From NCBI GenBank assembly GCA_000934665.2, contig KZ538521.1, positions 44,271 through 64,270 on the forward strand: a DNA stretch of 20,000 nucleotides, in the 5' to 3' direction. The notes under the pieces are model-generated. The model made no database searches. It saw nothing but the letters and a program-made list of their open reading frames with translations, and was not told the origin of the DNA. Positions 12,920 through 20,000 of this stretch are shown one piece after another. Source of the stretch: Catajapyx aquilonaris (lineage: Eukaryota). The translations under genes were made by a program, and so were the position numbers. The stretch's first letter is position 1. Each line of letters begins with the position of its first letter.

Positions 12920-13450
12920 ATTATTTTCACCAAGATCCGATATGATGTATAAAGGTTTCGGCTCACTTGATTCGGAAAGACCCCTAGTAAACTGGTCCAA
13001 ACTTTAAAACGATATAGCTCAAAGACTGCGCCTGACAGAAACCTTCTGAGCAGAGATTCGGATTCAGCGCGAAATGTACAATAAGATTCACTATTCACAT
13101 CTTCATAAAAAGAAAAATGTATTTTTTGTAGAACAGAGTAATTTTCCGTATAATTTTCTGCCCTCTGTTTTGGGCCTTACCTCGTAAACGGTGCGAGATA
13201 TCGCAAAATGACGACATTTTGACCCAAAAGGCCACACTTTCCCGTGTTTAGGTTAAGGAAGTGTACCCGCACCCAAAAAAGTGACAACCCGGAAGTGATG
13301 TGAGGTCACCTCAGATACGCCCCTCGCGGACCCCAATACAGATGACTCACGTGACCCATATTTTTCACACGTCATAAGGATCACCCAACACAACTTTTTT
13401 TCATCCTTGCATTCCAACTTTCAAAAAATGTGTTTTTTCGACCACCCCGG
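12920..13450. mobile_element. Probable non-autonomous DNA-transposon fragment adjoining the Tc1/mariner remnant
   Basis: Contains motifs typical of arthropod non-autonomous elements (GATTCGGATTCAGCGCGAAA, AAACGGTGCGAGATATCGCAAAA). Ends TTTTTTCGACCACCCCGG, which loosely mirrors the CAGGGTG terminus. Boundaries are approximate. Confidence 0.45.
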
Positions 13451-15372
13451 TTCATTTAATAACACTTCCACTGTCGACATTATCCCTTCTAAACGGTTAA
13501 ATGGTGCTGAAAGTGCAACAAATCCCTAGAGACATCCCTCCTGTAACATCCCTTAAAATAGTTTCAGCCACATTATAATTCCTCCGCCTCGCTTATGCAC
13601 TATATTCCCTATAGAAATGCAATGAATGTGACCAGAACCAAAGGCGAGCCTAACTCTTAGCAGGCCTAATCTTACCCTTGCAATTTAGAGGGGGTTCAAA
13701 AATTGAGCACCCCCCGAGTTTTATAGTCCCAGATGTGTCATTCCCACAAGCGGCGTGCGGATTTCGGAGCCGGCCCAAAATCGGCCCTCATGTGAACCCA
13801 AAGGCTTTCCAGTTCGTCACAATTTACTGGCTCAGCTTTACAGTTGGGTCATGTTTTAAACCAGCTGCATAATAGCCAATTCCTGAATACCTGCCCTGAA
13901 ACTCGGGCAAAATTCATGGCAAAAAAAACAACCCCAGTGGAATACTCATCATTTGTCGTGCAGCTTTACGCAGAAAAGTATGCCGATTTATACCTGGAGA
14001 CCCATTCGTCTTGTTTCATTTCTCACCTGACACGCGGCCTGGGATGAGCAGAGTCTGGAACCATACGGATGCTCAATTGGAGACATCTCTGGGGAAGACC
14101 TGACAGATATTCCATCTCTCCAAGATTTACTACCCTTTAAATGAGCAAGAGGTGAAAGGAAATAGGATTTTGTTGCTTGCTCGTTGTGTCAGGGAAGAAC
14201 ACTTAATTTCACTGTTGTAGAGGCCATGGTGCGGAGTCGTCGGAAAAGCGAAAGCAGCTTTCCCTCTCCCCCTCTCCACTCCATCCTCCCCCACCGCCAT
14301 CCCCTACTATATACCCACATAATGAGTTCCAACTTCCACAACCATTAGCCAAAGTTGCAAATGGAGTAAACCCAGTGTTTTTGGGAAGCAATGATTGTCG
14401 TTGGAGTTCGAAACGAGCCCCTGTCAAGTATGCTTGCCGTTCGACAAAAGAGGCTTGAGGATTGCCCTTCACATTCAGGATGAGGTGCTCCAACTGACAA
14501 GGTCACGCCGAACGCGCCGCGTTTGTTTGGTAATCGCGTTTTCACAGCTTTATTGTAGCTTCAATAACTTGGCACAGCTTTCTAGCATCCTTGGTATAGA
14601 TTCAAGCCAGCCATAAGCGGCGGCAATTGCGAGAAACTCTTCAAATTAAACTGTTGTTGGGAAATAGCACTTCAAATGCGCGATTGTCTGCTTCAAAGTA
14701 GTTGCAGGAGTAATTTAATGTTGCACACAATGGCCGACTACCAAAACGTGGGCTGTAAAAGGCTATCTATAGCATTTAAAAGGTATCATTGAGCACTGCA
14801 TCCTATCTCCAGCCTAAATATGGCTTGATTCCAAGGGTACTCTATACAGAAGTACTGCGTTGAATTTAGACTACTATTTATAAGTTTCGTGCATAATTTT
14901 TAAAGCGTTGTATCCATTTATATTTAACTTACGGATTAAAAGTTAGAATTTCATCGTTTCTGGCTTCATTCGTTCTGGGCTACATGGTGATAACCACTTT
15001 CGTAGTGTAATGAAGCTTGAAAAACGTGAACCTTACTGCCTAAAAGTCCCTTAAAATCGGTAAATATCCCAACTTTTGTTGCAATACATCTGCCTTGCGT
15101 AATTCCCAACCCATGACTACAAATGCATATTTCAGTGTCACAGTGACAAAATGTCACTCGAATTTTCCTCGAACGAGAGAAAAAGAAAAACCATTTATCA
15201 GCACGTCAGCTTCAGAGTCACGCTGTCATCTCTGATCTCAACTAAGGACAGTGTCTATGGCAAAGTCAGCCAGGACAAAACAACGCTATAAAACTGCCCG
15301 TCATGTTCACTTCTCTTTTCTGCCTTTCATAACCAAGTAGCTATGCATAAAACTATTTTTTCCCAGTTTCAA

Positions 15373-15606
15373 GGCACTTAAAAATGGGCCAGTGACTGTA
15401 AAGGGGGGGGGGGGAATCTCGAGACCCGTGGATATTAAAATATGTGGAAACCACGATAATAATTTAAGGTATAAGAAAGAGAACGGATGTTGTACCATAA
15501 TTCCCACACATATTTTGATAAATAGTCTATAGTGAAAAATTAAGTATGTTTCACCCGCATCCATTCCCCATCTCCCTTTACAGTCACTGTCACATTTTTA
15601 AGTGCC
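15373..15606. mobile_element. MITE (234 bp) with 33-44-bp TIRs and a TTAA-like target site (Kolobok-like; Harbinger possible)
   Basis: 15373-15405 GGCACTTAAAAATGGGCCAGTGACTGTAAAGGG matches the reverse complement of 15574-15606 at 31/33, extending through GGGGAAT. Flanks are TCAA (15369-15372) and TTAA (15607-15610). The interior is AT-rich and non-coding. Confidence 0.85.
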
Positions 15607-18395
15607 TTAAAAATTTGCGATTGCCAGAATCATTAATCTCTTTTGATGATAAATATCGTGTCCTCGTTACTCCCGTTTTGTAGCAATGATAAGGCATGAT
15701 GGCTCCGCTTCGGTGAGGTATATTTTTCTTTTACAATAGGCATTCCGTTATCTGGATTCGTACATTCCGCCTCTACTCCCCTCACCCACATTCAAAAACT
15801 CTCTAGAAACATTTTGAAGCACCATCCCAAAAGATGCTATCTCTGGTCTCGAGGGGTTGGATCCGGGTTATATTTTCAGTCTCCAGAAATGCGAATTCTG
15901 AGATTGAAGGGCACAAAATGTGGTGGACAGAATTAATTTACAATTTATTTTTTACATATCTCCTTCAGAAAAACAGCCTTCTTCCTATAGGAGAAGGAAG
16001 TCTACCTGCATGAAATGTCAAGAGACTTAGTAAAATGTGAGGCTTCCTTTTTTTACATTAGAAACAGGTTTTCTGACTTTCTGCATCGCAGGAAGAATAT
16101 TCTAAAATTGAAGAACATTAGTCACAATTGTTTAGGCCATTAATTTATTGGTGAAAATTACCTACATACGCGTACTAGCTGTATACGAATACAGTATAGT
16201 ATATAGATAGAGAGCCTCAAGTCAGTGTCAGATTTCAAATACATTTAAAACTGCCCGAAAAACTGAAGGTTTATCGCACATAACAGAACATTACTAAATT
16301 CTTGTGACACTGACACAGCATTAAGCCAAAATAATAAGTTTAGACAGTATGAAAGAGAGATTGTGCACACTCCACCGAAAATTCAGTCGAAGCAAACTGA
16401 GTGTGAATATCTTGCAACTATTACTCAGATACTTCTCAAGTACTTGAACAAAATGTAGGTCAAAGAAACCTCACGCTACTGCACTTAAAAGTAGAAATTC
16501 CACTCCATCGTAATGCCACCCAGAAAGGCAAAAGAAAAATCCCCGCCTAAATCCCCCCACATAAAAACTAGAACAGTCATCCTACGAGGCCCGCCATTAA
16601 AAGCAGTCTGAATGTGGTAACCATTGCACAGAAAGTTTAGCAAGAAAAGGACCATACATGTGGGCCCCAAACTTTTTAAAAAATGGGAAAAAGGTGGTGA
16701 GGGAATTATGTGTTGAGCTGAGAGACGACGCTTGACTAAAGGGAGGAGCAAAGAGGGAAGTGAATTGGAGTTTGGTACTCAAGTGTTTTACGGCGCCTCA
16801 TCAGAGTCGGCAAGAAGGCAAAAGCGGGTTAAGGGGTGGTGGAGATGGGGGTGGAGTGAATTCCCCAGGAAGCGTAGTGAAAATCCTAGAGGGCAATTTC
16901 GCGAATCGAATTTGCCAAGAAAGCGACGGGACAGGACTGCAATAATGTCCCGAAATTGCTGCAGGAGGAAAACCCTTATCCCCAAAAGCAAAAGGTTCCT
17001 AGGATAAGGGAAAGCGGGGAGGTGGAGGAGGAGCATTGGGGAATAGTTGCACAACTCAGTTGATACACACACAAAAAAAACCTTCGAGTTTTCTAGCACC
17101 AAACGTCAAGCCACTCGTCCTATTCCGGTTATTCGACTTCAGCCAATCAGTGGTTGCGACTAGATTCGCGAATCAGTGACGTGCTCTTTTAGCTATCGAG
17201 CCAGTAATAGGGCACGTTGGAACACTTACGAATAGTAGTCAAATATCGTCGGCGTACAAGTGAAACACACCAAGTCAATTTCGAGATAATCGAAGGCAAA
17301 TATTTGACATTGCTTACACGCTAGTGATGACAGAAAATCCTGGCTGCCTGGCTCATTATGAATCTTTAGGACTAAATGGGTCCAGGCGATAGACCAGAAA
17401 AAATAATAGTGGTGTAAATAACTAAAAACCGCCAAAATGGGACTTCGTGTTTTTCACTTGTATTCTGACGATATGTTTGCTATGGAGATTGGACTTGGGT
17501 ACAAAAGGATGCAAATAATTAATTGAGCCTAATTGCAAGTGACGCTCGGTAATTTCGCCTTCAGCTGACTTTTATGATGCGGGGATTTTAAAAGGATCAA
17601 GCTACACGGCTTTTGATCGGCAGCAGGGGTCGGGCAATGGTACGTAATCCAGCTTGAAATCCTTTTAACTCGTCCTGTTAATACTGTATGATGAAAATTT
17701 TATATTCCCTTTCAATCAGCGTCAAAATAAGAAGCCTATTTAATCGGATTTTACTGGAAATAATGACATATTTGTTGCCCAATGAGCTATATTCATTTTG
17801 TTTTCCAATGCTGAACAGTGTAGCCCGCTTAACCCACTTGCATAAAAATATATTAAGCCTTTTTGTCTTATGGCTGTGCAGTAATACGGCTGGACAGTTA
17901 ATGATAGTTCATATTACTTCATAAATGTGCTGTCTTAAAATATATTCAATAATATATATGCAAATGAACAGCTTTGATTTTTAAGTAATCAAATCATGTG
18001 ACTACCACCGCTCACTAAATATTGATATTCACCCCCAAATTAAATTTTTAAAAACACACATTTACAACATAAATTCCAGCCTGGACAGCCTACAAATGTG
18101 GCATAAGTCTCCCCTAAGCGTCCCGGATGACGTCGTAACAACCACTATAGTGTCCACACACGAGTGTCGCCAGCAACAAGCCTGACACCCATTTGGGCGG
18201 AAGCGTTTAGCCGAGCCATAAAAGGGCGCGAGAAGGCGACGCCAAGGCAACTTCCAATTGAAACCAGAGGAGGCCAAAGAGAGGGAAAAAGTGGGCCGGA
18301 CATAATTGATTCTGGGTCCGTCCCTTGGAGGGTGGTGGTCTTTTGGCAAGATCCCAGGCACAATATTGAAGGGAAGGGAAAAAGGAGGCACTAAC

Positions 18396-18595
18396 CCCGA
18401 CTCTTCTTCCCGCGACGCGCTCCAGTCCGGAGTTGTCTGCGTTCCAGGCAATTACGGGGATGCCCAGGTAGGAAGCTAGTTGGAAGAAGTACTGAGCAGA
18501 AGCGGTGTCCCGACCGTACTTCTCGTAGTTGGTCAGGTACAGGATGGCCGACACGTTGCTGGACAGGAACTCGTGGCATAGCGCAGACAGGAGGG
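18396..18595 (-). CDS. Nmdar2: Internal coding exon of NMDA-type ionotropic glutamate receptor subunit 2 (amino-terminal domain)
   Basis: Translates (phase-1 start) to (A)[66 protein letters not shown]. This closely resembles the insect Nmdar2 segment ...AILSTLCKEFL..NVSAILY....[30 protein letters not shown] as I recall it. Acceptor CCATTTCAG| has its AG at 18597-18596, with a CTGAT branch-like motif upstream. The best donor is GGG|GTTAGT at 18395. The 3' boundary could instead be 18417 (see findings). Confidence 0.95.
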
Positions 18596-20000
18596 CTGAA
18601 ATGGATGCAATCAGGGGCTGATGGGTGCTTCTCATAGAATGGCACATTATAATCATGACACTACGAGCGTACGTAGCCTATGTTATGTAAATAAATAAAG
18701 AGATCATTCTGAAGAGCTGGAAGAAAATGGGTTTACGTTAAAAAGTAATCCTCAGTTAATTCACTCTACAACTCGTATGTCCTCAATAGAAGACACGACA
18801 ATAATACTTTCTGTTCTCTCCGGAAAAGGCGCGAACAATCCTAAAATGGCATAATTATATTGCACTTTAGATATTGTAGTTTTTTAACTTGGTAAAATAT
18901 GACGCACAGTATCAAAAGATAATTTAACTTTTTAAAAGTATGAAACAGGAACGTAATTACATAAAAAGTAACAAATCTATAATGACTAAAAAGAAGTGTG
19001 GATAGTAATAATTATTTCGTTGATTCATTGGCAATGGCGCTGATAAGAAGCTTTGGCTTAAAAGTACGGGGAGAAACAACGCTGAGTACTTCCCCTTAAC
19101 GTCCAATTCCTTTTCTAATACGTGAGCATTCCATTGCTTTAAAATCACCTCCAATTCCAAGGAAAGCTGCAAATTCTGCCAGAGTGCTATCTGATTAGAT
19201 ATAATGGTGGTTGATTTGAACTACCCTTAAGAAGGCGATCTGACAAAGTGATCCATTGAGGCTGAATTTACTTTCATGGGTGGACCTGAAATGTAAATTC
19301 CAATTTTATTTATTTTAATCAGATAAAACTATTGGAAAGGGAAAGTCAAAGAAGATTTAAAATTAATAAATGGTCAGTTATAAAATAATTTTATAATGGA
19401 ATTCTCAGGATATGAAAATGAAAATACATCAAGCATGTAAGCATAATTATACAGTCACCAGTGGATAGTCCTAATTCGCTATAAAATCTAGGTAATAATT
19501 CAACCTTTTCATGTTTCACTAATAAAGATGCATGGTATTATTAAACAGAGTATAAGGAACAATGGGATCCACCCCTTCGTTGTGAAAAAAACTCAAAAAT
19601 GGTACAATAATATTGTAGTTAGCTTACTTTCTCATAAAGGAAAGAACAGAATTTTTCACCGGCTGAATCGCACTCAATAAACTCCATGTGCCCTTTGAAG
19701 ATTTATGATCTTGTGTTTGTATATATTTGTTTCAATCTTCTATTCTGTCCAGGTTGTTCTTTTAAGCTTGGAAGTCTGAGAGAAGACTCGCATTGATCGG
19801 CTGCTGGCCTTTGCTCGGAACTGAAATCAAAGAGTGAACAAAAGCTCCATTGTCCATACATTTAACCCTGTACTGCACACATTTAGGATTGTGGGAAGAA
19901 AACAATTCTAACGCCTTTTTCTCATCATATGCGACGTAAGGATGGTTTTTATTATGTTTTGGTCATCTCTGACCCAATGACCTTGAAGTTACACCGGGTG
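18596..20000 (-). other. Nmdar2: 3' part of the preceding intron of Nmdar2 (phase 1)
   Basis: AT-rich and ends in the CATTTCAG acceptor. No upstream exon (expected to end near ...PSPT) was recognised. Confidence 0.75.

Larger units (their letters stand above)
7208..18395 (-). other. Nmdar2: GT-AG intron (11,188 bp, phase 0) of Nmdar2
   Basis: Lies between two exons whose translations are contiguous in homologues. Starts GTTAGT and ends CATTTCAG on the minus strand. Confidence 0.88.

Noticed and set aside
14021..14045. Strong donor CAG|GTGAGA suggesting a 12-nt microexon or recursive splice site
   Set aside because: No polypyrimidine tract directly before the AG; such motifs occur by chance in 11 kb and cannot be supported without RNA data.
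18207..18656. 149-aa ORF as a complete gene
   Set aside because: Only 18396-18595 is receptor-like; the flanks are intron read-through past clear splice sites.
19265..19295. Third CATTTCAG acceptor-like site (CAG|GTCCAC)
   Set aside because: The following GT is a poor donor, and the implied 14-nt exon would shift the frame.
19862..20000. Possible piggyBac (TTAA|CCCT) or Tc1-like (CCGGGTG) termini at the window edge
   Set aside because: Motifs are too short and no partner end lies in the window.

Overview
Eukaryotic (arthropod-like) genomic DNA that lies inside one large minus-strand gene. Two GT-AG-bounded coding exons (18396-18595 and 7020-7207) encode consecutive parts of the amino-terminal domain of an invertebrate NMDA-type glutamate receptor subunit 2 (Nmdar2/GluN2-like). 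They are separated by an 11,188-bp intron. The rest is intronic and contains: a young tRNA-derived SINE with a perfect 14-bp target-site duplication (TSD); a second, decayed SINE; a 234-bp MITE; a Tc1/mariner-type transposase remnant; a fold-back element cut by a 278-N assembly gap; a compound (ATA)20(ATC)13 microsatellite; and many G/C runs. Almost all ORFs in the supplied track look spurious, and the track misses the 7020-7207 exon frame. I see no prokaryote-type novel system. The best leads are (1) tandem in-frame splice donors that add or omit a basic 7-aa insert (VAGRRVG) in the receptor N-terminal domain, (2) an excess of TACWGTA motifs matching Tc1/mariner excision footprints, and (3) a possible long-range RNA duplex across the intron. 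Family assignments come from recalled sequence similarity, not from a database search.
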